Source: Candidatus Kaiserbacteria bacterium RIFCSPLOWO2_12_FULL_50_10 (GTDB taxonomy: Bacteria > Patescibacteriota > Minisyncoccia > Phycocordibacterales > UBA918). From it: 61,420 nucleotides of DNA. Where the stretch lies: positions 1 through 61,420 of the forward strand of contig MFMN01000003.1 of the NCBI GenBank assembly GCA_001783515.1, written 5' to 3'. This document shows positions 10,049 to 18,743 of this stretch, piece after piece (position 1 is the first letter of the stretch; every line of letters begins with the position of its first letter). Position numbers and translations under genes: made by a program. Below the pieces are notes generated by a model. The model was not told the origin of the DNA. It ran no database searches and saw only the letters and a program-made list of their open reading frames with translations.

Positions 10049-10073
10049 AAGCACGAATTGTTCGTGCTTTTTT
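10047..10073 (+). terminator. Intrinsic terminator hairpin
   Basis: AGCACGAA/TTCGTGCT stem followed by a T-run. Confidence 0.7.
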
Positions 10074-10096
10074 GTGCTTTAGGGTATAGTGCAGGT

Positions 10097-10429
10097 ATGG
10101 GAATTATTCTAAATCTCGCCGTTACCACCGCGACTATCTTTCTTCTTGCAGAGTATATGACGGGCATATCGGTAGCTTCGTGGAAGGCTGCGCTTTTCGT
10201 CGCCGTTGTCCTTGGGGTTCTTAATATCACGGTGCGCCCTATTTTGTACCTCATAACACTCCCCGTAACCCTCATCACGTTCGGTTTGTTTACCTATGTG
10301 CTGAATGCATTCATGATTATGCTCGTACCCTACGTTGTGAGCGGTTTTTATGTCGCAGGATTTCTACCGGCACTTATTGCGGCGCTTATTATTACCCTCG
10401 TACAAGCAGTGTTTGGGATGGATGACTAA
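10097..10429 (+). CDS. Phage-holin-4_2 (DUF360)-like small membrane protein
   Basis: MGIILNLAVTTATIFLLAEY..VLNITVRPILYLITLPVTLITFGLF pattern with 3-4 TM helices. TATAGT plus 6 nt precedes the ATG. Confidence 0.6.
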   Translation: MGIILNLAVTTATIFLLAEYMTGISVASWKAALFVAVVLGVLNITVRPILYLITLPVTLITFGLFTYVLNAFMIMLVPYVVSGFYVAGFLPALIAALIITLVQAVFGMDD

Positions 10430-10431
10430 GT

Positions 10432-10767
10432 ATGGCAGGAACAACAAAACGGGCAGGAGGGAAGTATGCAAAGAGTCATAGCACCATGATTCCCGCCGCA
10501 GCGCTCATCTGCAAGGCGCTTGAGCGTCTGCCTGAGGTAACCCGCATCTCACTTGGTTTTATTACCGCCGGTATGCGTACGGTAGCTACACGACGTATTA
10601 AGATTGTTACTGCAAATGACGCTGCGCTGAAACTCTCCATCCGAGACCATATTTCCCACCAAGAGATCTATGTATATCTCGGAACCGCACTTGATAAAGA
10701 TTCGGCAATACAAGCCCTCAAAAAAATAGCCACCCGTGAGCATATGGCGGTCAACGGAGAAATCTAG
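10432..10767 (+). CDS. Hypothetical protein
   Basis: 111-aa ORF starting 3 nt after the previous stop. I recognise no family. Confidence 0.4.
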   Translation: MAGTTKRAGGKYAKSHSTMIPAAALICKALERLPEVTRISLGFITAGMRTVATRRIKIVTANDAALKLSIRDHISHQEIYVYLGTALDKDSAIQALKKIATREHMAVNGEI

Positions 10768-10830
10768 ACCACGGGGGAAGTGCTATGCAAAACATCGACA
10801 TATACCGTTTTTTATGGTATTGATAGCGCT

Positions 10831-11802
10831 ATGTTTATTGATGAACTAAAAATATACGCCCAGTCGGGCAGGGGTGGTGACGGGGTTGTGCGATGGATGC
10901 ACTACCGCGGCAACGAATTTGGTGGGCCTGCAGGCGGCGACGGCGGTCGTGGTGGCGATGTGTATCTTGAGGCGGTACGCAATCTTTCGCTGCTTAGTAA
11001 ATACACGAGCGATAACGAATTTCGCGCAGGAGACGGTCAGCAGGGGCAGAGTAATAATCTCTTTGGGAAAGGTGGTGCCGACTGTGTTATTAAGCTCCCC
11101 GTTGGCTCAAGGGTTACAAATCTGGAGACGGGGGAGGTGTATACGCTCGAAACTGAAGGTGAGCGTATCAAGGTGCTCAATGGCGGTAATGGCGGCTACG
11201 GAAACTTTCACTTTAAGTCAGCAACGAACCGTTCGCCAGAGGAGGCGGTGCCTGGTCAGGCAGCACAGAAAGCCTGGTTTCAGGTTGAGCTTATTCTCGG
11301 TGTTGATGTCGGTCTTATCGGGAAGCCGAATGCAGGAAAGTCAACACTTCTCAACACCTTTACCAATGCAACCTCTGCAATTGGCGCATATCCGTTTACC
11401 ACGCTTGAGCCGCATCTTGGCGAGCTCTACGGCTACGTTCTTGCAGACGTTCCGGGGCTCATAGAGGGCGCTGCAGAGGGCAAGGGACTTGGGCATAAGT
11501 TCCTTCGACATGCATCAAGAGCAAAAATGCTCCTCCACCTTGTTTCACTTGAGGAAGAGAATCCGCTCGAGGCATATAGGGTCGTGCATAACGAAATTAA
11601 GAAATACGACGAAGCCCTTCTTGAAAAGGAGGAGTGGGTAGTATTAACAAAAACTGACACACGAACAGAGGAAGAGGTGTCTGAGATTATGAAAACTATC
11701 GCTGCCGCAACAGGAAAACGAACCTTTGCCATCTCAGCACCCATTGAAGAGGGCACAAAGGAGCTTCAAGACGCACTTATACAGGAATTGAAGTCAAAAT
11801 AA
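10831..11802 (+). CDS. obg: GTPase Obg/CgtA
   Basis: Starts at MFIDELKIYAQSGRGGDGVVRW (Obg fold with glycine-rich repeats). G-domain motifs GKPNAGKST and DVPGLIEGA are present. Confidence 0.9.
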   Translation: MFIDELKIYAQSGRGGDGVVRWMHYRGNEFGGPAGGDGGRGGDVYLEAVRNLSLLSKYTSDNEFRAGDGQQGQSNNLFGKGGADCVIKLPVGSRVTNLETGEVYTLETEGERIKVLNGGNGGYGNFHFKSATNRSPEEAVPGQAAQKAWFQVELILGVDVGLIGKPNAGKSTLLNTFTNATSAIGAYPFTTLEPHLGELYGYVLADVPGLIEGAAEGKGLGHKFLRHASRAKMLLHLVSLEEENPLEAYRVVHNEIKKYDEALLEKEEWVVLTKTDTRTEEEVSEIMKTIAAATGKRTFAISAPIEEGTKELQDALIQELKSK

Positions 11803-11830
11803 AGACACGAAAGACAAATATGTCAATGTT

Positions 11831-11859
11831 AAAAAATGCTTGATATACAAGCATTTTTT
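11831..11859 (+). terminator. Intrinsic terminator hairpin
   Basis: AAAAAATGCTTG-ATATA-CAAGCATTTTTT. Confidence 0.75.
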
Positions 11860-12102
11860 AACACTTTCAAAATAACGAAAACATGCAATTTGACAAAACC
11901 GTGTTTCATGCGGTTATTTGTCCTCGTAGACGCACTATTGAGCACATTTTCGTAATGTACCAAAGAAAAAGAGCCCGACGTTTTCCTTTGGTACCAAGAC
12001 ATGTTCTCTATCTTGCAACACATGTGGACAAGCAAGGAAAAACGATGCATGCAAGGTGGACATTTTTGTCATTTTTCATTTTTTATGTACTATACTTATT
12101 AT

Positions 12103-13506
12103 ATGTATAAACCAACAATAGGAATCGAGGTCCACGCTGAACTCAAAACAAAAACAAAAATGTTTTGCGGTTGTGCAAATGAACCCCATGCAGGTGAACC
12201 AAATGCGAATGTTTGCCCTGTCTGTATGGCAGAGCCCGGCGCTCTCCCGGTGGTGAACCGTGATGCGGTCGAAAAAGTATTGATGGTAGGCGCGGCGCTC
12301 GGAGCAGATATTGCGACATTTACCGAGTTCGATCGAAAACACTACTTCTACCCAGACCTTCCAAAGGGGTATCAGATAAGTCAGTATAAATATCCACTCG
12401 TGAGCAGTGGTACCCTAACGGGGGTATCAATCACCCGTGTCCATCTTGAAGAAGACGCGGCGCGTTCGCAGCACGAAGGACACGAAGGAACATTGGTTGA
12501 CTACAACCGAGCGGGCGTTCCTCTTATGGAGCTCGTTACAGAGCCAGTCATCCACGATATTGCTACCGCAAGTAATTTTGTTCGGGAGCTGCAACTGCTC
12601 CTTCGGACTATCGGTGTCTCAGACGCAAATCTTGAAAAAGGAGAGATGCGTCTTGAGCTCAACTTGTCCCTCAGTAAAGACGAAACATTTGGCACAAAAG
12701 TTGAGGTCAAGAACATCAACTCGTTCAGATCGTTCGAGGCTGCAGCTGCGTATGAAATAAAACGACAGAGCGAGGCTCTTGATCGGGGAGAGCGTGTCAT
12801 TCAGGAAACCCGAGGCTGGGACGAGAATCGTCAAAAGACATTCTCACAGCGTACCAAAGAGGTGGCAGAGCAGTATCGCTACATGCCCGATCCCGACATC
12901 CCAAAGTTTGATCTCAGCAAGATTCCAGAGTTCGAACTATCTCGGATACAAGCAAAACTTCCCGAGATTCCATCAAAAAAGCGCGAAAGATATGGAAATC
13001 TCGGCATACCGAGCAATCTCGCAAACCAGATTGTTGCCGATAGTGGCCTCTCGAAGTATCTAGATATATGTCTTCTTGAAGAGGGGGCACGAGCTCATGC
13101 AAAGACTCTTGCGAACTACATTATGACTGACGTGCCGCCGCTTAGTGCAGAGGCAGGTATACTGCCTGCTGCGGAGACAGCGCCAGCCTTTGTGGAGCTC
13201 ATCACACTTATTGCAGAGGGAACCATTACTTCGCGCGTTGCAAAGGATCTCCTTAAGGAAGTTCTCTATGAACACGCAGTGCCAAAGACGCTTGTTGCAC
13301 AGCGTGGGCTTGCTCAGACAAACGATACCGAAGCGCTCGCGGCGGTCATCGCTGAAGTTATTGCCGAGAACCCGACCGTGGCAGATGAATACCGCGCAGG
13401 GAAGGAAGCAGTGCTCCAGTTCCTGGTTGGTCAAGGCATGAAGAAAACTCGAGGATCAGCGAATCCTGGCGTGCTTGCACAAGCACTTAAAGATGCGCTT
13501 ACCTAG
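12103..13506 (+). CDS. gatB: Asp/Glu-tRNA amidotransferase subunit B
   Basis: MYKPTIGIEVHAELKTKTKMFCGC... is the GatB N-terminus, and a GatB/YqeY C-terminal domain follows. TATACT plus 6 nt precedes the ATG. No gatA or gatC lies adjacent. Confidence 0.9.
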   Translation: MYKPTIGIEVHAELKTKTKMFCGCANEPHAGEPNANVCPVCMAEPGALPVVNRDAVEKVLMVGAALGADIATFTEFDRKHYFYPDLPKGYQISQYKYPLVSSGTLTGVSITRVHLEEDAARSQHEGHEGTLVDYNRAGVPLMELVTEPVIHDIATASNFVRELQLLLRTIGVSDANLEKGEMRLELNLSLSKDETFGTKVEVKNINSFRSFEAAAAYEIKRQSEALDRGERVIQETRGWDENRQKTFSQRTKEVAEQYRYMPDPDIPKFDLSKIPEFELSRIQAKLPEIPSKKRERYGNLGIPSNLANQIVADSGLSKYLDICLLEEGARAHAKTLANYIMTDVPPLSAEAGILPAAETAPAFVELITLIAEGTITSRVAKDLLKEVLYEHAVPKTLVAQRGLAQTNDTEALAAVIAEVIAENPTVADEYRAGKEAVLQFLVGQGMKKTRGSANPGVLAQALKDALT

Positions 13507-13510
13507 CACA

Positions 13511-13537
13511 AAAATACCGACATGCGTCGGTATTTTT
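13511..13537 (+). terminator. Intrinsic terminator hairpin
   Basis: AAAATACCGAC-ATGC-GTCGGTATTTTT. Confidence 0.75.
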
Positions 13538-13643
13538 TGTACTCGAATATTCCCTGTGGTTATGTATTGGATACCCGAGATGTCCACATACATTGTGGAT
13601 ATCTCGGGTTGCTTGTTTCTCTATCCGAGATATACTGTCAGTA

Positions 13644-14414
13644 ATGGAGGTTCTTACTATCAACGGCAAGCAGTTTGTGAAGGCAGTGAATGTTGCTCAC
13701 GAGTTTGGGTATGCGCCTGATTATGTTGGGCAGCTTGCTCGCTCTGGGGCGGTGAGCGCAGAACGCGTCGGGCGAGCATGGTATGTTAGTCGTGACGAGG
13801 TCGCCGCGCATAAGGGGGAGAAAAGACGGTCTGTTGCAGCACGTGCACGAGCAGGAATCGCGGAGCGCGTACGTACGTCATCGGGGGAAGATTCCGCTGT
13901 GCGTGTGTCAGGAATTTCATATCACGATGATGACGCGCCGCTTATGCCGCAGATTGCGCGTCATGAACCTCGCCCTTCTCGTGTTATGGTCGAACCCGCG
14001 GAAGAGCAGGTAGCTCACGAGGTGGACGACAAGATCATTGCCGACACTGCCTTTGAGTCAGTGAAAGAAGATGCTCCAAGCGAGTCTCAGGAAGAATCCT
14101 ACCGAGTTCATGTTCGACAAGTGGAAAAAATAGCGCCACTAGTAGTAGAGCCGAAAGTGAAAGAGGCACCATACGGGGGGTATGAAATTTCTCATAAAAA
14201 AGAGATCTCGGAGCAGACCTTTTCTATCTCATCCTTGCCTCATGTTGAGGTGAAATATCGTTCGAATGTGCCATACATTCTTGTCCTTGGACTCTCGGTC
14301 GTTGTGTTATTTGTAGGGATGTATACGTACGTTGACGGAGTGGCAACGAATCTTCGTCAAGAAAAGAGTTATGGTGTGGATGTAGATGTCGTGAACGCAC
14401 TCATAAATGAATAG
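13644..14414 (+). CDS. Excisionase/MerR-type HTH domain protein with C-terminal membrane anchor
   Basis: The N-terminus INGKQFVKAVNVAHEFGYAPDYVGQLARSGAVSAERVGRAWYVSRDEV fits the HTH_17/Xis-like pattern. A TM helix (ILVLGLSVVVLFVGMY) lies near the C-terminus. TATACT plus 7 nt precedes the ATG. Confidence 0.5.
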   Translation: MEVLTINGKQFVKAVNVAHEFGYAPDYVGQLARSGAVSAERVGRAWYVSRDEVAAHKGEKRRSVAARARAGIAERVRTSSGEDSAVRVSGISYHDDDAPLMPQIARHEPRPSRVMVEPAEEQVAHEVDDKIIADTAFESVKEDAPSESQEESYRVHVRQVEKIAPLVVEPKVKEAPYGGYEISHKKEISEQTFSISSLPHVEVKYRSNVPYILVLGLSVVVLFVGMYTYVDGVATNLRQEKSYGVDVDVVNALINE

Positions 14415-14415
14415 G

Positions 14416-14442
14416 AAAAACAGTGTAGAAGCACTGTTTTTT
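14416..14442 (+). terminator. Intrinsic terminator hairpin
   Basis: AAAAACAGTG..CACTGTTTTTT. Confidence 0.7.
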
Positions 14443-14448
14443 ACTTTG

Positions 14449-14607
14449 GATAATAAGGAGTTCGGCCACGATCGCTTAGTATTTGTTGTTCGCTTGCGCT
14501 CCAAAATACTAAGCGTTGCCGACCCCGCCTTGCCTCCCATTATATAACTCCGCTAAAGCTACGTAATATAATGGGTTCCCAGACGTCCTTTTGAGCCCCT
14601 TATCGTC
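14449..14607 (+). ncRNA. Candidate structured RNA/element, tRNA-linked family, copy 1 (convergent with tRNA-Val)
   Basis: It has a terminal helix, conserved hairpin 1 (CGCTTAGTATTT/AAATACTAAGCG), TTGCCGACCCCGCCT, and hairpin 2 (CCCATTATAT/ATATAATGGG). It aligns end to end with the reverse complement of 33181-33354. The strand is inferred from shared orientation only. Confidence 0.45.
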
Positions 14608-14621
14608 TCACGGCGGGCAAC

Positions 14622-14647
14622 AAAATAAACGCGTACGCGTTTATTTT
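14622..14647. terminator. Palindromic bidirectional terminator between element and tRNA-Val
   Basis: AAAATAAACGCGTACGCGTTTATTTT is a perfect palindrome. Confidence 0.65.
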
Positions 14648-14655
14648 AGCCGCTG

Positions 14656-14729
14656 TGGACGATAAGGGACTCGAACCCCCGACCTCTGCAATGTCAATGC
14701 AGCGCTCTAACCAGCTGAGCTAACCGTCC
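14656..14729 (-). tRNA. tRNA-Val (anticodon GAC)
   Basis: The reverse complement reads GGACGGTTAGCTCAGCTGGTTAGAGCGCTGCATTGACATTGCAGAGGTCGGGGGTTCGAGTCCCTTATCGTCCA. It folds as a cloverleaf with a 7-bp acceptor stem and a TTGACAT anticodon loop. CCA is not encoded. Confidence 0.9.
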
Positions 14730-14839
14730 GTGTTTTGTAGTATAGCCTTTGTTTGTCGAAGCTGTGGCGACCGTCCGTGTTTCCGTTGCTGCTTTGTGCT
14801 CCGCATTATACATATTTTCATGACAAATACTAGCGTAAG

Positions 14840-16273
14840 ATGGTTATCTCTGAAAGAATCCAGACACGTTCTCGTCATGGAAAGAGTATGCTATACTTCA
14901 CCGCAATGAGAAACACGAAGTACATCCTGATTGCTTTTTTGATTATTTCACTAATGGCGGGAACGGCTATTTCGTTGCAGGCGTCAACCGCGTGTGATGC
15001 TTCAAATATCACGAATAAACCTGAAGCTGAGCTCAAAGAATATCTTCAAAAATGTGAAGAAGAGGCTGCGAAAGCACAGGCGGTGCTTAATCAGACAAAG
15101 ACCGAAGTGCGTTCAATTGATGGAGTGGTAAAGACACTTCAGACGAAAATTACTTCAGCAGAAAAGACGATCAAAAATAAGAACTCACTCATCGTTGAAC
15201 TTGGATCTGAGATTCGAACGCGACAAGCTCGTATTGAGGAGCTTGAAGCAGACATCGCTCGCGGTAAGGAATCACTTGCAGAGCTCATTCGTCGCACCAA
15301 TGAGGTTGGTGATTACACGCTCGCGGAGGTGTTCCTTAATACGAAGAATCTCTCTGAGTTTTATGTAGATATTGATAATTATACCGGTATCAAAGCAGAG
15401 CTTGAGCTCTATTTTTCACAGATTCGCGAGACACAGCTACAAACCGAGGGCGAGAAGACACAACTGTCAGAGAAACAAAATGATGAGCTTGATGCGAAAT
15501 ACATCATCGAGCAAGAGAAAAAGAGAATCGCAAGCGACCAGTTAGATCAAAAGAGGTTATTGAGTGCAAAACAGAGCACGGCAAAGGTGCAAGAAGCAAC
15601 CCTTGCAGAGATTCAGAAGAAAGCGGCCGCTATTCGTGCAGAATTGTTCAAGCTTCGTGATGCTGGTGCAATTCCTTTTGAGGACGCGCTCAAATATGCA
15701 CAGACTGCAGAACGTGCGACGGGTGTGCGTGCAGCATTTATCCTTGGTATTTTACGCCAGGAGTCAAACCTTGGATCGAACGTCGGTCGCTGCTATCTTG
15801 CTGACGAGGAAGGAAACGGTCGTTATATTTCAACGGGTGGTTACGTAGACGGTCTCATGCGTGAAGACGCGGTGCGGCAGGATGCCACGGCATTCCTTGC
15901 GCTCGTTAAAAAACTTGGGCGAGATCCGTATGCAACACCCGTGTCATGTCCGATATCGTCAACAACATATGGTGGCGCAATGGGTCCAACGCAGTTTATT
16001 CCGACAACATGGAAGGGTATCGAGGCGAGTCTTATGACTGCCCTTGGTGTAAGCGCAACCGACCCATGGAATCCACAGCACGCTATTATGGCGACAGCGG
16101 TATACGTGCAGCGACTTGGAGCGGCAAAGCAAACCTATACTGCCGAACGAGAAGCAGCAGCGCGGTATTATGCGGGAGGGAACTGGGCAACTATGGGGCT
16201 CTCGTATGCGGCGAGTGTATTAAATCACGCAGAAGGATTCCAGAAAAACATCGACTTCCTGGATCAGAACTAA
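14840..16273 (+). CDS. Secreted coiled-coil protein with C-terminal lytic transglycosylase (SLT-like) domain
   Basis: Signal anchor, then a long coiled coil, then ILGILRQESNLGSN..GGAMGPTQFIPTTW, typical of murein transglycosylases. The start is uncertain (14840 vs 14888). Confidence 0.65.
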   Translation: MVISERIQTRSRHGKSMLYFTAMRNTKYILIAFLIISLMAGTAISLQASTACDASNITNKPEAELKEYLQKCEEEAAKAQAVLNQTKTEVRSIDGVVKTLQTKITSAEKTIKNKNSLIVELGSEIRTRQARIEELEADIARGKESLAELIRRTNEVGDYTLAEVFLNTKNLSEFYVDIDNYTGIKAELELYFSQIRETQLQTEGEKTQLSEKQNDELDAKYIIEQEKKRIASDQLDQKRLLSAKQSTAKVQEATLAEIQKKAAAIRAELFKLRDAGAIPFEDALKYAQTAERATGVRAAFILGILRQESNLGSNVGRCYLADEEGNGRYISTGGYVDGLMREDAVRQDATAFLALVKKLGRDPYATPVSCPISSTTYGGAMGPTQFIPTTWKGIEASLMTALGVSATDPWNPQHAIMATAVYVQRLGAAKQTYTAEREAAARYYAGGNWATMGLSYAASVLNHAEGFQKNIDFLDQN

Positions 16274-16286
16274 TCGAGATGTATAG

Positions 16287-16313
16287 AAAAACACTGCTTG
16301 ATGCAGTGTTTTT
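16287..16313. terminator. Bidirectional terminator hairpin between convergent genes
   Basis: AAAAACACTGC-TTGAT-GCAGTGTTTTT. Confidence 0.75.
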
Positions 16314-16315
16314 GC

Positions 16316-16600
16316 TTATGCGGCGGTAGGGAGGACGTCTACAAACTTCTTTGAAACGGTGTTTCCGTCGAAGCCTGTCTTGCGGCCGGTGCGGAAGGCG
16401 AGTTTTCCAGCAGTCATAGCGAAGAGTGTGTGGTCGTGACCGACACCAACATTCTTGCCAGCTGCCATCTTCGTACCGCGTTGACGGACCAAGACCTCAC
16501 CAACACCAACGATCTGACCGTCAGCACGTTTCAAGCCAAGATAATTTGGCTGTGAATCGCGCCCGTTTTTCGAGGAACCTCCTGCTTTTTTGGTTGCCAT
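16316..16600 (-). CDS. rpmA: 50S ribosomal protein L27
   Basis: [37 protein letters not shown] is the L27 signature. Confidence 0.95.
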   Translation of the reverse strand: MATKKAGGSSKNGRDSQPNYLGLKRADGQIVGVGEVLVRQRGTKMAAGKNVGVGHDHTLFAMTAGKLAFRTGRKTGFDGNTVSKKFVDVLPTAA

Positions 16601-16628
16601 ATTCGCGTGAATTGATTATGATAAGTAA

Positions 16629-17021
16629 GTGCAGGGGATACTACAAGATTTTCAGAGAAAAATCAAGCACGCACTGCTTGATGATCATTTTTACATGACC
16701 TGCCTCATGATTGCAGTGGGTATTATAGCGTTTGAAATTGGGCGATTCTCAGTTCGCCAGGAGATACAAGCAGCGCCTGCACTTGTATTTCAAACATCTA
16801 CAAAAAGCGCAACAACATCTACTTTTGTAGAGAAAGGGGTAGTGGCTCGCGATACGCCCGACACCTCGGGGCTTCCGTATGTTGGCGCGAAGAGTGGGCG
16901 TGTGTACTACCCGGCAACCTGTGCATCTGCCACAAGGATTGCGGTAGCGAACCGGGTGTACTTTGCATCCGTTGCCGAAGCGGTGGCGGCAGGAAGAACG
17001 CCAAGCGCACAATGTAAATAA
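16629..17021 (+). CDS. Membrane-anchored protein with C-terminal Cys-containing sunset/Ada-like motif
   Basis: One TM helix, then C-terminal GRVYYPATCASATRIAVANRVYFASVAEAVAAGRTPSAQC. The listed start is GTG; ATG 16695 is an alternative. Confidence 0.45.
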   Translation: MQGILQDFQRKIKHALLDDHFYMTCLMIAVGIIAFEIGRFSVRQEIQAAPALVFQTSTKSATTSTFVEKGVVARDTPDTSGLPYVGAKSGRVYYPATCASATRIAVANRVYFASVAEAVAAGRTPSAQCK

Positions 17022-17065
17022 ACGTTGATTTTTCGGGTGTTCTCTGGTAGACTGCGCGCGTCATT

Positions 17066-17845
17066 ATGATGCATCTTTTTGGGACATATGCGCACGCTGC
17101 AGAAACGGCACATGAAGCGGGAAATGCGGCGATTTCTATTCATCTTGCATCAGAACAACTCGGAACTTTTTTTGGTGTCCCTATAACCAATACACTTGTG
17201 ACAACATGGGTCTCTATGCTGGCACTCCTTGTGCTTGCTGCGGTGATAGGCATGAATGTCCGCACTATTCCTGGAAAACTCCAGAGTGTTTTTGAAGCAC
17301 TTATCGCGTTTTCCTACAAATACATTAAGGAGACCTTGGGTGATGAGAGGCTTGCCGCCAGGTATTATCCCGTTATTATGACCATCTTTTTGTTTATTTT
17401 GAGCATTAACTGGGTGGCGCAGATTCCAGGGCTTGAGGCAATTACCTACAAAGGAAGCGCCTTGTTCCATGCTGGAACTGCGGATTTGAACATTACGCTT
17501 GCCTTTGCACTCATTGCCCTCACCACGATTGAGTTTGCAGGAATTGCGGCGCTTGGTGTAAAGGCGTACGGCGGCAAGTTCATTAACTTCCACTCACCCA
17601 TTGGCTTCGTAGTAGGTATTATCGAACTTATTTCAGAGCTTGCTCGACTTATCTCGTTCTCATTTCGTTTGTTTGGTAACATCTTTGCAGGGAAAGTGCT
17701 TCTCCTCGTGGTTGCATTCTTTGTGCCGTTCATCATGCCGGTGCCGCTCATGGCGTTTGAGATATTTGTAGGCTTTATCCAGGCGTTTGTTTTTGCCATT
17801 CTTACACTTTTCTTTATCAAGGCAGCAACCGAAATGCCACACTAA
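17066..17845 (+). CDS. atpB: ATP synthase F0 subunit a
   Basis: 259 aa, polytopic, with the conserved LISFSFRLFGNIFAG arginine motif. Confidence 0.9.
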   Translation: MMHLFGTYAHAAETAHEAGNAAISIHLASEQLGTFFGVPITNTLVTTWVSMLALLVLAAVIGMNVRTIPGKLQSVFEALIAFSYKYIKETLGDERLAARYYPVIMTIFLFILSINWVAQIPGLEAITYKGSALFHAGTADLNITLAFALIALTTIEFAGIAALGVKAYGGKFINFHSPIGFVVGIIELISELARLISFSFRLFGNIFAGKVLLLVVAFFVPFIMPVPLMAFEIFVGFIQAFVFAILTLFFIKAATEMPH

Positions 17846-17910
17846 CCTCGCGGTTAGACACAAGGGGAAACCTTTGTGTCTGCTCACGAGCAGATTACTA
17901 ACGTATATAA

Positions 17911-18150
<240 letters not shown>

Positions 18151-18268
18151 TTCTTCCGAAACGGGCGAATTTGCACTGGTTTCAGAAATATTCTACGCGC
18201 CGTACATGTGGTACGGCTTGGTCGAACACTTCTCTCAGCCAGCACAACTCCATCCCGTTTAGAAAGAA
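18151..18268 (+). repeat. Family-1 palindromic intergenic element, copy A
   Basis: TTCTTCCGAAACGGGCGAATTTGCA...CCCGTTTAGAAAGAA. It starts 0 nt after the atpE TAA. Confidence 0.85.
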
Positions 18269-18301
18269 TTAGATTGCTTTATTTAAAGTATCTTTTAATT
18301 T

Positions 18302-18742
18302 ATGGATTCTCTCATTCACGCATTTGGTCTCGACGTTAAGGTCGTTATCGTACAAATCGTTAACTTCACCATTCTTGCGTTCGCGCTTGTGTGGTTCTTG
18401 TACACGCCTATTCTCAAGGTGTTGCGTGAACGTGAAGAAACCATTGCGCAGGGTCTTGCAGATGCAGAAGCTGCCGCAAAGGCAAAGGATTCTGCAGAGG
18501 CAGAGCGCCTTACTACGCTCGCTGCAGCAGAGAAGGATGCTCGCGATATTGTGGCGAATGGCAAAAAGGTCTCTGATGAAAAGATGATGACCGCTCTTGC
18601 GGAAGCTGATGAAAAAGTAGCCTCGCGCATTGCTTTGGCAGAAGTGCGCGGTGAAGAAATTATTGCGGAGGCACGCAAGGCCGCAGAAGTAGAAGTTGCA
18701 AAACTTGCTATTCTCGACCTCGAAAAGAAACTCACGGCATAA
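18302..18742 (+). CDS. atpF: ATP synthase F0 subunit b
   Basis: 146 aa with an N-terminal TM helix and a long charged helix, in the expected operon position. Confidence 0.8.
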   Translation: MDSLIHAFGLDVKVVIVQIVNFTILAFALVWFLYTPILKVLREREETIAQGLADAEAAAKAKDSAEAERLTTLAAAEKDARDIVANGKKVSDEKMMTALAEADEKVASRIALAEVRGEEIIAEARKAAEVEVAKLAILDLEKKLTA

Positions 18743-18743
18743 T

